Below, one piece after another: positions 8,948 to 19,052 of a stretch of DNA of 64,000 nt. Numbering within the stretch: the stretch's first letter is position 1; the number at the start of each line of letters is the position of its first letter. The notes beneath the pieces were generated by a model. The model saw only the letters and a list, made by a program, of their open reading frames with translations. It ran no database searches and was not told where the DNA came from. The position numbers were made by a program, and so were the translations under genes. The stretch is taken from the NCBI GenBank assembly GCA_051251855.1, contig JBPOGI010000001.1, positions 672,001-736,000 of the forward strand, in the 5' to 3' direction. This DNA comes from Roseibacillus sp. (GTDB lineage: Bacteria; Verrucomicrobiota; Verrucomicrobiia; Verrucomicrobiales; Akkermansiaceae).

Positions 8948-9283
8948 TTAGACCTTCTTCTTGAGCTTAGCATACTCTTTGTTAAGGGCGTCAATCTCGG
9001 CTTCTTTGGTAGCCACGTGGTCGAGAATCTCGGCCAGGCGGTGAAGCACGCGTGATTGAGCTGTCGCGCCGCGCTTGGCGCCTTTAGCTGCGGATGCAGG
9101 GGCTGTGCCTCCAGCACGTTTTTTCCAAGCAGTGATGGTAAGGGGAGTGATGCCGAACTTGCGTGCAGCAGCAGCAACGCCTCCGCGTCCATTATCGCCA
9201 TCTACGGAAATAACGTAGTCGATCACTTCTTGCTTTTCTTCAGCGGTGTACCGCTTTCCTTTCGTTGTCTTTTTCTTTGCCAT
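8948..9283 (-). CDS. Small basic helix-turn-helix protein with C-terminal coiled coil (HTH_Tnp_1-like)
   Basis: KRYTAEEKQEVI...GVAAAARKFGITPLTITAWKK; start reassigned to the ATG at 9283 (MAKKKTTKGK). Confidence 0.75.
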   Translation of the reverse strand: MAKKKTTKGKRYTAEEKQEVIDYVISVDGDNGRGGVAAAARKFGITPLTITAWKKRAGGTAPASAAKGAKRGATAQSRVLHRLAEILDHVATKEAEIDALNKEYAKLKKKV

Positions 9284-9353
9284 GTGCGTCCGGAACAAAC
9301 GGCTGTTTTGTTCCATACGCAAGAAGATTTTTTATAGGAAGGGTGTTTGTCCA

Positions 9354-10007
9354 CTATTGTGGAAGATAGTTTTTAATGGTGTCAGGAAGTTGCTGAAAGT
9401 CGGAGATGAAGACAGGAGCTTGGGTTTTTACTGCTTCACGACTCACCACTCCTCCGTAGCCGATAAATAAATCAACAACGTTATTTGTTTCCAAGTCAGA
9501 GATGCCATCTCCCATCATTACGGTGAGAGATGATAATTTATCTTTTACGAAGGACTGAATAATTTCAGGTTTTCCGCCATTCCGGGCGGTAGGAGACTCT
9601 TTGTCAAAGGATTGATAGCTTCCATCATTCTTAAACAAGAGGTCGACTGCAAAGATTTTATCAATGTTCAAATAGTCTGCAACTGGTTGGATAACTTGGG
9701 TGAAACCGCCGGAAATGATAATGGGCTCCCAACCACATTTTCTCAATTTTGCAAGAGCCTCGATTACGTTTGGAGAGAGTCTTTCAATATACATTTTTCC
9801 AACCTCTTCACACATTGTCAGGGTAGGCTGAATCAAGTCGAGGCGTCGTCCAAAGACTTCGTCGATGGGGACTGTTCCGTCCATCGCTTGATTGGTGAGT
9901 TCGATGACTTTTTGCTCAACTTCGGAGCCTCTCAGGGCGGCTAGTTCGTCGACGCCCTCAATGGCGCAAAGGGTTGAGTCACAGTCGAGAAAGAGGAATT
10001 TATTCAT
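9354..10007 (-). CDS. serB: HAD-IB family phosphatase, phosphoserine phosphatase-like
   Basis: DCDSTL motif I, IEGVDELA, ISGGF, K and GDGISD motifs. Confidence 0.85.
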   Translation of the reverse strand: MNKFLFLDCDSTLCAIEGVDELAALRGSEVEQKVIELTNQAMDGTVPIDEVFGRRLDLIQPTLTMCEEVGKMYIERLSPNVIEALAKLRKCGWEPIIISGGFTQVIQPVADYLNIDKIFAVDLLFKNDGSYQSFDKESPTARNGGKPEIIQSFVKDKLSSLTVMMGDGISDLETNNVVDLFIGYGGVVSREAVKTQAPVFISDFQQLPDTIKNYLPQ

Positions 10008-10468
10008 GAGAAAGAAGTGTTGAAAATATGGACGGGAGTGCCGACGGGGACTTGATGAAAGAGGGCGGTGATATCGCTGTTTTTGAGACGAATACAGCCG
10101 TGGGAAGCAGGAGCCCCGATGAGTGCTTCCTGATTGGTCCCGTGGAAGTAAATATATCGGAGGTAGGTATTTTCTATACCTGATTCTTTGCTTTCGAGTC
10201 GAAAGATTCGACTCAGGACGAGGTCGTCTGGAGTCTCTTGCTCAGGAGTCCAGACTCCGTGGGGTTTGCGACCTTTGAAAACAGTGCCCTCGGGGGCTTT
10301 GGCTCCGTATTTTTCGCAAATGCGGAACTTGCCGAGTGGGGTACGATTGGAGCCTTCTTCGCTGCCGAGCCCGAACTTGGAAGTGGAGGCAGGTAGCGAC
10401 AATAGGAGGTCGCCATCGTCATAGAGCCTGACTTCTTGGTCTGGGACGGAGACGTGAAGTGATTTCAT
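10004..10468 (-). CDS. L,D-transpeptidase (YkuD family)
   Basis: IYFHGTN...ASHGCIRL catalytic motif; TPLGKF. Confidence 0.9.
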   Translation of the reverse strand: MKSLHVSVPDQEVRLYDDGDLLLSLPASTSKFGLGSEEGSNRTPLGKFRICEKYGAKAPEGTVFKGRKPHGVWTPEQETPDDLVLSRIFRLESKESGIENTYLRYIYFHGTNQEALIGAPASHGCIRLKNSDITALFHQVPVGTPVHIFNTSFS

Positions 10469-10489
10469 CTCAGGGAGGACAGGGGCCGT

Positions 10490-11494
10490 TTACTCGCTGG
10501 AGGCGAGCGCGGGCTGGAGAGGTTGGTCCTCTTGAGGGGCGGGCGGTGTCTGCTCGCGGTTGGGCGATTGGGTGGAAAGACCGAGCTTGGAGATGAGATT
10601 GAGGTCTTTCTCGACGGCCGGGTTCGCGGCGGTGAGGAGTTTGTCGCCGTAGAAGATAGAGTTGGCGCCAGCAAAGAAGCACATGGCTTGTGCTTCTTCA
10701 GAGAGAGCGGTGCGACCGGCGGAAAGGCGGACTTTTCCTTTGGGAACGGCGATGCGCGTGACGGCAATCATGCGCACGAGGTCAAAGACGTCGACGCCTT
10801 GGTTCTCGGCCATGGGGGTGCCGGGCATGGGCATGAGCTTGTTGATGGGGATAGACTCGGGGGGCGGATTGAAGGAGGAAATGACCTCAATCATCTTGAG
10901 GCGGTCTTCGGTGGTTTCGCCAAGGCCGAGGATGCCGCCGCAGCAGACGGACATACCGGCGTCCTGTACGTTACGGATGGTTTCGAGTCTGTCGTCGTAG
11001 GTGTGAGTGGTAACAATCTCGGGGTAAAATTCGCGAGAGGTATCGATATTGTGGTTGTAGGCGGTGACTCCCGCTTCTTTAAGGGCTTCTGCTTCTTCTG
11101 GGCCGAGTTGGCCGAGGGTGACGCAGACTTCCATCCCGAGGTCAGAGACGTTGCGCACGATGTCGAGGACTTGGTCGAAGCGCTTGGTTCCGCTGCGGAC
11201 ACCACGCCAAGCTGCTCCCATACAGAAACGGGTGGAGCCGTTTTCTTTGGCAGCGCGGGCGCGCTCCATGACATCGTTGCATTCCATGAGGCGATCAGCA
11301 TCGACTCCGGACTTATAGCGAGCGGATTGCGCGCAGTAGGAGCAGTCTTCGGAGCAGCCGCCGGTTTTGATGGAAAGAAGGGTGCAAAGCTGAACTTCGT
11401 TCTCGGGCCAGTTGGCTTCGTGAACTTCGCGGGATTTTTTCAGCAGTTCGAAAAGGGGGAGTTGGTAGAAAGCGTTGAGCTCGTCGTAAGTCAT
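10490..11494 (-). CDS. bioB: Biotin synthase
   Basis: KTGGCSEDCSYCAQS radical-SAM motif, YNHNIDTS, VRLSAGR, GANSIFYGDKLLT. Confidence 0.98.
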   Translation of the reverse strand: MTYDELNAFYQLPLFELLKKSREVHEANWPENEVQLCTLLSIKTGGCSEDCSYCAQSARYKSGVDADRLMECNDVMERARAAKENGSTRFCMGAAWRGVRSGTKRFDQVLDIVRNVSDLGMEVCVTLGQLGPEEAEALKEAGVTAYNHNIDTSREFYPEIVTTHTYDDRLETIRNVQDAGMSVCCGGILGLGETTEDRLKMIEVISSFNPPPESIPINKLMPMPGTPMAENQGVDVFDLVRMIAVTRIAVPKGKVRLSAGRTALSEEAQAMCFFAGANSIFYGDKLLTAANPAVEKDLNLISKLGLSTQSPNREQTPPAPQEDQPLQPALASSE

Positions 11495-11548
11495 CTTTTG
11501 TAGGGAGATTAGTGGAAATTCTAGCGGGTGTAGAGCGATAATATCGCC

Positions 11549-12662
11549 CTATCCTTGATGGCGCAGCATGGCTTCGATGAAGCCGTTGATATCGCCGTCC
11601 ATGGTGGCTTGGATATTGCCTGTTTCGTAGCCGGAACGGAGATCTTTAATCATTTGGTAGGGCTGGAAAACGTAGGAGCGGATTTGGCTGCCCCAGCCGA
11701 TTTCGCCTTTTTCGGAGTAGGTGCGGTCGGCTTCGGCCATCTGCTTTTCTTCTTCGATTTGGTAAAGTTTGGCTCTCAGGATTTGCCAAGCGAGCTCGCG
11801 GTTGCGGAGCTGGGAGCGTTCTTGGGTTGAGCGAATGACGATTCCGGTAGGGAGGTGCTTCAGGATAACTGCGGTCTCGACTTTGTTGACGTTTTGACCG
11901 CCTTTACCGCCGGAGCGGGTGGTTTGGACTTCGACGTCAGAGTCGGGGATCTCGATTTCGATCTCAGTATCGACTTCAGGGGTGACGTCGACGGCGGCGA
12001 AAGTGGTGTGGCGTTTGCCCGCGGAGTCGAAGGGGGAGATACGCACGAGACGGTGGACGCCGCGTTCTTGCTTGAGGTAGCCGTATGCGTATTCGCCTTC
12101 GATTTGGAGGTTTACCCCCGTGATTCCGACGCCTTCGCCTTCTTGGTAGTCGAGGGTGGTGACTTTGAAGCCTTTGGCCTCTGCCCAGCGGGTATACATG
12201 CGGAGGAGCATGGCGGCCCAGTCGCAGGCTTCGGTCCCGCCGGCACCTGCTTGGATATTGAGGTAGGCGTTGTTGGGGTCGGCGGGTTGGTCGAGGAGAG
12301 TGATGAGCTCGAAGGAGTCGAGGCCTTGGCTGATGGCGTCCGCTTCTTCGGCTGCTTCTTTGGCGGAGTCGAGGTCGTCAAATTCTTTGGCGAGCTCCAT
12401 GCTGGCGGCGAGGTCGGCGAGTCGGTCTTTGAGTTTGAGAAAGGGTTCGACCTTGCTGGCGGTGAGATTTTTCTCGGCGATGACTTTTTGCGCCGTGGCC
12501 TGGTCGTTCCAGAATTCAGGGGCGGTCATTTGCTCCTCCAAGTCCGCTAACTTGGTTTGGAGAACGGGGATGTCAAAGATACCTCCTGAGTTCCGACAGT
12601 CGTGTCGCGAGGGACTCGGTGTCGATCGCCAGAAGGTCAGCGACGGATTGGTTTTCAGACAT
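11549..12662 (-). CDS. prfB: Peptide chain release factor 2, +1 programmed frameshift after codon 29
   Basis: SPF and GGQ motifs; frame-0 leader [29 protein letters not shown] ending at CTT-TGA-C with an upstream AGGAGG. Confidence 0.97.
12572..12587 (-). promoter_or_regulatory. RF2 +1 frameshift cassette AGGAGG-TAT-CTT-TGA-C
   Basis: Internal SD 12587-12582, CTT 12578-12576, TGA 12575-12573. Confidence 0.95.
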
Positions 12663-12763
12663 GGTGCGCGGTGGTGGTAGGTGAGGGGGGGCGTTGATTC
12701 AAGATTAGAGTGAGTCCAGAATCGAGAGTTGTGGGTTTGGGGTGGATTGGGGTTGGATGGGGA

Positions 12764-13468
12764 ATGGCGAAGATTGTGGTGCTGACGGGGGCGGGGATTT
12801 CCGCGGAGTCCGGAGTGAAGACCTTTCGGGATGACGGTGGGCTCTGGGAAGGCCATCGCGTGGAGGAGGTGGCGACGCCGGAGGCTTTTGGGCGGAACCC
12901 AGTGATGGTGCATGATTTTTACAATCAGCGGAGGCGCGACCTGAAGACGGTGGAGCCGAATGCGGCGCATGTGGCATTGGCGCGGTTGGCGAAGGTGTCG
13001 GGTCATGAGGTGACCTTGATTACTCAAAATGTGGATGACCTGCATGAGCGCGGTGGGTGCTCCGATATTTGGCACATGCATGGACAGCTTTTGAAGAAGA
13101 GGTGCGCGTGGTGTGAAGTGACTTCGCGTTGTGAGGAGGATTTGTCGCGGGAAGATGTTTGCGCGGACTGTGGAAGAGAGGGTGGGATGCGGCCGGATAT
13201 CGTGTGGTTTGGGGAGATGCCTTACTTTTTGGATGAGATTGAGCGGGTTCTCTTTGAGGCGAATTTGTTTGTTTCGATAGGGACCTCTGGGGCGGTTTAT
13301 CCGGCGGGGAACTTTGTCAATATGGCGAAGTTGGCGGGAGCACGGACCATCGAGTTTAATTTGGAGAAGACAGGAGTGTCAGAATCCTTTGACGAGGTGA
13401 GGTTGGGTAAGGCGGGGGAGACGGTGCCAGAGTGGGTGGCAGATATGGGCGCTGAATCGGGTCGTTAG
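12764..13468 (+). CDS. cobB: NAD-dependent protein deacylase (class III sirtuin)
   Basis: [30 protein letters not shown], two Cxx[19 protein letters not shown]. Confidence 0.95.
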   Translation: MAKIVVLTGAGISAESGVKTFRDDGGLWEGHRVEEVATPEAFGRNPVMVHDFYNQRRRDLKTVEPNAAHVALARLAKVSGHEVTLITQNVDDLHERGGCSDIWHMHGQLLKKRCAWCEVTSRCEEDLSREDVCADCGREGGMRPDIVWFGEMPYFLDEIERVLFEANLFVSIGTSGAVYPAGNFVNMAKLAGARTIEFNLEKTGVSESFDEVRLGKAGETVPEWVADMGAESGR

Positions 13469-13489
13469 CAGACACCGGATCGAAGGTAT

Positions 13490-15736
13490 CTAACGATCCA
13501 AGTCCGCGTCTTCTTCTCCCTCCACGGTGCTTCCGAAATTTTTTAAGCCTCCAACGGATTCACGGCTTGGAATTTCAGTGCGATACGGATCCTTTTGGAG
13601 ACCAACTTTAGGGAAGACCTGATTGAGCAACGGAAATTTACTCAGAATCGTTTTGTTGTCCGTTCGCAGGTCCATCTGGGGATAGTTATAGAATCCAACG
13701 GTGTTCACGGGGCCTGCTTCTACGTTCCCCTCGACCTTTACTTTTCCGTGTCTTGGTTGCGCCCAGTTCGCACTCTCGACGGTGACATTGTTTACGAAAC
13801 GGGAGCCGTTCGGGTGTTCGGGTAACCACTCAGGATCGAGAACGTCGGACCAAAGTTGGGTGCTGAGTTGGTGTTCTTTTTTGAGTCTTAAGCCATACGA
13901 CAGCCAAGGCTCTTCGAAAGGTTTAAAGCCCCGCAAATCCTTTTCGTATTTCGTGCCGAGCCGGTAGTTTCGTGAAATGCCTCGGTCGTCGATGCGTTGC
14001 TGAGTGTTTTGGATGAGGAGGTTATTCTCGGCAATGTTGTCGTGACCTCCTCCGAATTTGAGAGCGTCGATGCATTGGTGAATGATGTTGTAATAATGGA
14101 AGTCTCCACTGTCGCCATCGTCGCAGTAGAAACCATTCGCGCGCCTGTTATGGTGAATGAAGTTGTATCGAAAGATGTTTCCGTAGGTGCTCCATCTCCC
14201 ATATCCGTAGGTCGCTCCGGTGTCGGAGGTCTTGAGCGCGCAGTTGTGAATCTCGTTGTATTCAAAAATTATGTCGTTGTCGTTGCGATGCTCGTAAGCG
14301 CGCGATGGGGTGTGGTGGATGAGATTGTGAGAAATCGTAATTCCTATGACGTTGTTTGTCCGCATTCCGCTGCTATCGAGATGAAGTCTGCCTGTTTTGG
14401 TAATATGGTTGTTCGTGATGAGGGAGCGACCAGGAAGAAGAGTCTTGCGATTTCCCACGTTGTTGATGGTCAATCCAGAGTGCCCGATTTCTCGGAGGTC
14501 ATTGCTTTGAATGACATGGTGGGTCCCGCCATCGATGACGATGCCATCTTTTCCGATGCCATCGATGAGGCATCCACGGATGGTCAGATGATGGCAGTTC
14601 TTAAAGACGAGCCCTGAACCCAATCCTCCTCGGAAGGTGAGTTGGTCAAATTGAATGAAGTCGGCGTCCTGAGCTTCGATTAAGGGAGTTGCTAAATCTG
14701 CGATGGTGACTTCAAGGGTCTTGAGATCTGCAGGAGGATAATAGTAGACGCGCCGGTCTTTAAAATCGATGGCATACTCCCCGGGTTGGTCGATTTCTTC
14801 GAGCATATTTAAGGCGTAGTAGCGCTCTTCGCCCGAGCCAGTGCGATATTCTTTGCCATCGTGGGCGGTGAAAGTCTGGGTATATTTAGAGCCCATTCCG
14901 CCGGGAGGAACGCTTGCCAATTGAATCCATTTTTCCTCGGTGTTGATGGCGGTGACGAGAGAGAGGCGAGGGGCCCAGGGGGTCCTCCAATGGCCTCGGA
15001 GCCAGAGTTCGTGCCCCGAGTTCAACCTTGCTTGCCATCGTGCTGAACGCTGGGTGCCATCCGAATCGAGTTCGTTGAGTTCGTCTTCATTGGAGGGTTG
15101 GCCACCAGACCCGAAGTGGAAGCTCAAATTATCCCGCGTTCCATTCGGAGTGGTCCAGCCGGGGTCATTCGACTCGGTGATTTTTTCGTCTAAGTTTGGC
15201 CACTGGGAGAGACCCTGACGCTTTCCGTTGGCAAAAAGTATAAAGGACTCGGGAGCGCCGGCGCTGTCCTTGGCTTTTGCTAGTTGTTCGCCATTTTGAA
15301 TCTTGAAGGCGTCGTAGTCTAGTTCATAAAGCGAATTGGAGTTTATGTGTGGGTGAACTCGTTTGTTGGCCTGGGGTGAAAGAGGCTTCCATGCTTCGAA
15401 GGGGATTCTTTTGTCAGAAGAGAGGGTGGCCGATTGTCCTGCTAGCGAGCGGTAGGAGATGGGAGTTCCCTCGACTCCGCTATCCTCGGTGCTCAATAGA
15501 AATGGCTGGGTGCGCTCATGAACGCCTCCATGAATCCAGACGACGAAGCCTGACGTGGACTCTTTCGAGAGAGATTTTAACTTTCGGAGCTCATCACGAG
15601 CCCTTTCGAGAGAGGCAAAGGGAGCCTCTTTTGAACCCTGTGCGGTATCATCACCCGTGGGAGAAACATGAAGTGAGTGGGGCGCTGCAAGAAGGCTAGA
15701 AGCTGAAAAGAGGAGGATGGAAAGGAGCTTTTTCAT
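13490..15736 (-). CDS. Secreted right-handed parallel beta-helix protein (putative carbohydrate-active enzyme)
   Basis: Signal peptide; HVSPTGDD..GS.EAPFASLERA N-terminus; Asn/Ile-rich beta-helix repeats; DTGATY and FYCDDG. Confidence 0.8.
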   Translation of the reverse strand: MKKLLSILLFSASSLLAAPHSLHVSPTGDDTAQGSKEAPFASLERARDELRKLKSLSKESTSGFVVWIHGGVHERTQPFLLSTEDSGVEGTPISYRSLAGQSATLSSDKRIPFEAWKPLSPQANKRVHPHINSNSLYELDYDAFKIQNGEQLAKAKDSAGAPESFILFANGKRQGLSQWPNLDEKITESNDPGWTTPNGTRDNLSFHFGSGGQPSNEDELNELDSDGTQRSARWQARLNSGHELWLRGHWRTPWAPRLSLVTAINTEEKWIQLASVPPGGMGSKYTQTFTAHDGKEYRTGSGEERYYALNMLEEIDQPGEYAIDFKDRRVYYYPPADLKTLEVTIADLATPLIEAQDADFIQFDQLTFRGGLGSGLVFKNCHHLTIRGCLIDGIGKDGIVIDGGTHHVIQSNDLREIGHSGLTINNVGNRKTLLPGRSLITNNHITKTGRLHLDSSGMRTNNVIGITISHNLIHHTPSRAYEHRNDNDIIFEYNEIHNCALKTSDTGATYGYGRWSTYGNIFRYNFIHHNRRANGFYCDDGDSGDFHYYNIIHQCIDALKFGGGHDNIAENNLLIQNTQQRIDDRGISRNYRLGTKYEKDLRGFKPFEEPWLSYGLRLKKEHQLSTQLWSDVLDPEWLPEHPNGSRFVNNVTVESANWAQPRHGKVKVEGNVEAGPVNTVGFYNYPQMDLRTDNKTILSKFPLLNQVFPKVGLQKDPYRTEIPSRESVGGLKNFGSTVEGEEDADLDR

Positions 15737-15931
15737 AGGAAATTAGCGAACGGCGATATGAAGAGGTCCCTGCACGAGTTCTTGGGATAGGTTACTTTCG
15801 ATTCGGCGCTTTTTATCATCAGTCTGCAATCTCAGGATTTAATGAGCTGAATGGAGGAGATGACACATGGGATGGTCTGGGGGGAAGAGCTGAAGCTCGC
15901 GGTCTGGTGGGGATAAGGTAGATTTGGTGGA

Positions 15932-16480
15932 GTGGAGAGTGCGACTGGCATTATTATTCGAACGCGCAAGCTGACTGAGACCAGTCTGATTGTGACGTGG
16001 TGCACGGAGGAGTGGGGCTTGATCAAGACGGTGGCAAAGGGGGCGCGCAGTCGGAAGAGTGCCTTTGCGGGGAAGCTGGATTTGTTTGTCGAGGCGGAGT
16101 TTGGATGGGTGCGGAGCCGGAGCCAGACGAGTGAGCTGCATTCGCTCAGGGAGATGCGGGTGGTAGACTTGCGGCAGAGTTTACGCGGTGATTATGGGAG
16201 GACGGTGCTGGGGGCATATTTTGGCGAATTAGTGGAGAAAGCGGTGGAGAGTGAATGCGAGGTTCCAGAGATTTTTGATTTGTTGCGGCGGGGGTTGGAT
16301 TTTTTGACGGAAGGCGGAGAGTGCCGGCGGGCGATGCCGTTTTTTGAGAAGGAGTTGGCTGGGTTTTTGGGAGTGGGGCGTTCTGCGGGTTATGCGGCTC
16401 GCTTGCAGGAAATCTTGGCGGGTGGATTTCCTAGGAGTCGACGGGAGGCTTCTCGGATGTCAGGATTAGAGAAGGAATGA
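15932..16480 (+). CDS. recO: DNA repair protein RecO (short form)
   Basis: GIIIR.RKLTETSLIV...GLIKTVAKGARSRKSAFAGKLDLF OB-fold pattern. Confidence 0.88.
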   Translation: MESATGIIIRTRKLTETSLIVTWCTEEWGLIKTVAKGARSRKSAFAGKLDLFVEAEFGWVRSRSQTSELHSLREMRVVDLRQSLRGDYGRTVLGAYFGELVEKAVESECEVPEIFDLLRRGLDFLTEGGECRRAMPFFEKELAGFLGVGRSAGYAARLQEILAGGFPRSRREASRMSGLEKE

Positions 16481-16962
16481 AGGCTCAGCAAACATACTTG
16501 GGACGGGAAACGGATTCGCCAGTGGGACCCTTGACGCTGTTGGCTTCTGAAAATGGGTTGGCTGGAGTTTACTTTGAAGGGCGCTATGAGGGGGGGTGGG
16601 AAGGAGGAGAGAGCAAGTTTCTAGACCAAGCGGAGGCCGAATTGGCAGAGTATTTCTCGGGAGATCGGATAGGGTTTGAAGTCGCTCTGGACGCTGAGGG
16701 CACGGATTTTCAGTGCGCGGTTTGGAAGGCGTTGAAGACGATTCCGTTCGGGGAAGTGGTGAGCTATCTACAAATTGCCGAACGAATCGATAACCCCAAG
16801 GCCGTGAGAGCTGTGGGACTAGCGAACGGTGCGAATCCGATTTCGATCATTGTCCCGTGTCATCGGGTTATTGGCGCCGATGGGAAGTTGACGGGTTATG
16901 GGGGAGGGTTGGAGCGCAAGCGGACTTTGCTCGTCCATGAGAAGGCGGGTATTCTTTGTTAG
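16477..16962 (+). CDS. ogt: Methylated-DNA--protein-cysteine methyltransferase
   Basis: GTDFQ..VW, AVRAVGLANGANP, PCHRVIG; ATGA overlap with recO. Confidence 0.95.
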   Translation: MKAQQTYLGRETDSPVGPLTLLASENGLAGVYFEGRYEGGWEGGESKFLDQAEAELAEYFSGDRIGFEVALDAEGTDFQCAVWKALKTIPFGEVVSYLQIAERIDNPKAVRAVGLANGANPISIIVPCHRVIGADGKLTGYGGGLERKRTLLVHEKAGILC

Positions 16963-17004
16963 AACTACTCTCGGCGGCTTGGGATGAACTGGGGGACGAG
17001 GCGG

Positions 17005-17835
17005 CTAAGAGTCGAGACAGTCGGAGCAAATTTCTTCGTCGTCTGAAGCCACGCGGAATTCGCGGTTGGGGTGGGAGTTTTCGGTAGCACCACAGATTTT
17101 ACAGCGATGAAAGCTGGTGACTTGGCCGGCCTTGGTTTTTGACTGAAAAGCGACACGACGTTTTGCGACGGCGCTGCGATTTTTTCCGCTTTTAAGCGCC
17201 ATGGGAACAGCCCACCAGAGATAAGGAAGGAAGGTGAAGAGGACAAAGATGGAGAAGCTCAGGGAGCTGAGGGAGGAGAGGAGAAGGAAAACACCCGAGA
17301 TGACGGCAAGAATCCAGACTTGGACAGGGATAATGAGCATCAAAAGGAAGGTGTGCTTGGGGAATAGGGTGGCGAAGGCGAAGAAGGCGGCAAGGTAGAT
17401 ATACATGCCGCCCTCGGGCTGGGGTCTGAGGCCGGAAAGGGCGAGGATGATGTTGGCGACGACTTGGCCGATGATGACGAGGTAGAAATAGGCAGAGGTT
17501 CGCCAGACACCCCAAGAAGTCTCCAAAGAATCGTTGAATAAGAAAGCGATCATTAAGGCGAAGAATGCGAAGAGAAGGGAGAATACGCTGAAGTTGGTTG
17601 GCGCATCAACAGGAGGGGCCGGAACGGCGAGGAAGAGGAAGGAGACGATCCGCCAGACTTCGCCAGCCAAGATTTTTGACCAATCAAAGACCATGGCGGA
17701 CCCAATATCGGGACGAGCCATGAGCAGGAGAATCATCACAAAGTGGATGATGGCCAAGCCCCTCAGGAGGCTTGGAAAGGCGAGCCAGCGGAGGCGGTTT
17801 TCCAAAGAGTTGACGATTCCCATGTCGAGAAACAA
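17005..17835 (-). CDS. Multi-pass membrane protein, rhomboid/Derlin-like, with C-terminal Cys4 zinc-ribbon-like motif
   Basis: GEVWRIVSFLF, LETSWG, several TM helices, CKIC...CSDC. Confidence 0.7.
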   Translation of the reverse strand: MFLDMGIVNSLENRLRWLAFPSLLRGLAIIHFVMILLLMARPDIGSAMVFDWSKILAGEVWRIVSFLFLAVPAPPVDAPTNFSVFSLLFAFFALMIAFLFNDSLETSWGVWRTSAYFYLVIIGQVVANIILALSGLRPQPEGGMYIYLAAFFAFATLFPKHTFLLMLIIPVQVWILAVISGVFLLLSSLSSLSFSIFVLFTFLPYLWWAVPMALKSGKNRSAVAKRRVAFQSKTKAGQVTSFHRCKICGATENSHPNREFRVASDDEEICSDCLDS

Positions 17836-17952
17836 TCAATACTCGGATAGTCGGTATTGCCAAGGTTTTGTGGGAATGATTGCCAAGGTGCTTGTCACGA
17901 AGGCAATATGGGGAGCGTTGACAGTTTTGACGAGGAGGGGCAGCTTCCCGCC

Positions 17953-19029
17953 ATGAGTGAATTGAAATTGAGCCCTCTTGATGAGATTCATCGGGAGGCA
18001 GGAGGGCGAATGGTGCCCTTTGCGGGATGGGAGATGCCTGTGATGTATCAGTCGATTTTTGATGAGCATCTGGCGGTGAGAGAGGCGGTAGGTCAGTTTG
18101 ATATTTCGCACATGGGGAAACTTTTTGTGGAGGGGGAAGGTGCTATGGAGTGGTTGAACGGTCTTCTCTCGAACGATGTGGCTAGCTTGGAGGATGGTGA
18201 GGGGCAGTATACTTTTTTGCTAAATGAAGGTGGTGGAGTGATTGATAATTTAATTCTCTATCGTGTCGAGGAGGAGGCTTTTTTCTTGGTAGTGAATGCG
18301 GCCTATCTGGCTGAGGACTTGGCTTGGCTTGGTAAGTATGCGGTAGAGGGAGTGGCGTTGAGAAATGAGAGTGAAAATTTAGCTGGAATAGCGGTGCAAG
18401 GGCCGAGTGCAATCGATGTTTTTTCGCGGGTGTTTGGAGGTCGGACACTTCCTTCGCACAATGGAATTGATGGTCTATCCTTGGATGGACAGAAGGTGTG
18501 GGTTTGTCGGACGGGCTACACGGGGGAGGATGGTTTCGAGTTCTTTTGCTCGGTGGGATCGGCGGAACGCTGGTGGGAGGAGTTTGCTGAGGCGGGTGCC
18601 AAGCCTTGTGGGTTGGGTGCTCGTGATTCTCTTCGGCTTGAGAAGTGTTATCCTTTAAATGGTTTCGATTTGAGTCCAGAGAGGACGCCTTTGGAAGCAG
18701 GCTTGGGCTTCTTTGTGAAGTTGGATAAGCGCGACTTTGTGGGTTCTGGGGCATTAAATGAACAGAAAGAGAAGCAACCTGCAGAGCGGCTGGTGGCAAT
18801 CTTGTGTGATGAGAAAGGAGCTCCACCTCTTCCAAGTAGCGCTGTTCTTGACGAAGATGGTCAAGAAGTGGGGGTTCTGACGAGTGGTGTTTTGTCGCCG
18901 ACGTTGGGAGTAGGAATCGGAATGGCTTATCTCCCGATCGCGAAGGCCACGGTGGGTTGCAAGGTTTTCATTGAAGTGGGTGGAGAAAAGATGTGTGCAA
19001 AAGTCGTGAAAAAACCTTTCGTTGCCTAA
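17953..19029 (+). CDS. gcvT: Glycine cleavage T protein (aminomethyltransferase) homolog, possibly degenerate
   Basis: MVPFAGWEMPV, FDISHMG, RTGYTGEDGFE, GLGARDSLRLE, TSGVLSPTL; start reassigned to 17953. Confidence 0.9.
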   Translation: MSELKLSPLDEIHREAGGRMVPFAGWEMPVMYQSIFDEHLAVREAVGQFDISHMGKLFVEGEGAMEWLNGLLSNDVASLEDGEGQYTFLLNEGGGVIDNLILYRVEEEAFFLVVNAAYLAEDLAWLGKYAVEGVALRNESENLAGIAVQGPSAIDVFSRVFGGRTLPSHNGIDGLSLDGQKVWVCRTGYTGEDGFEFFCSVGSAERWWEEFAEAGAKPCGLGARDSLRLEKCYPLNGFDLSPERTPLEAGLGFFVKLDKRDFVGSGALNEQKEKQPAERLVAILCDEKGAPPLPSSAVLDEDGQEVGVLTSGVLSPTLGVGIGMAYLPIAKATVGCKVFIEVGGEKMCAKVVKKPFVA

Positions 19030-19052
19030 GAACTCCATCATAGAAATCTAGT

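Noticed and set aside
8948..9322. IS3-family insertion sequence
   Set aside because: Only an OrfA-like HTH; no DDE transposase, frameshift window, terminal IRs or target duplication seen
10523..11503. 326-aa plus-strand ORF
   Set aside because: Exact antisense shadow of bioB; no motifs
11855..12550. 231-aa plus-strand ORF and many similar short shadows elsewhere
   Set aside because: Antisense to well-supported genes; explained by codon bias
12663..13081. N-terminal ~140-aa extension of the 510-aa prfB ORF
   Set aside because: It is the +1 frame running antisense through cobB; the real start is 12662 with a frameshift
17836..17952. Glycine riboswitch upstream of gcvT
   Set aside because: The gap is short and lacks the GGAGA…CCGAAG…CTCAGG core
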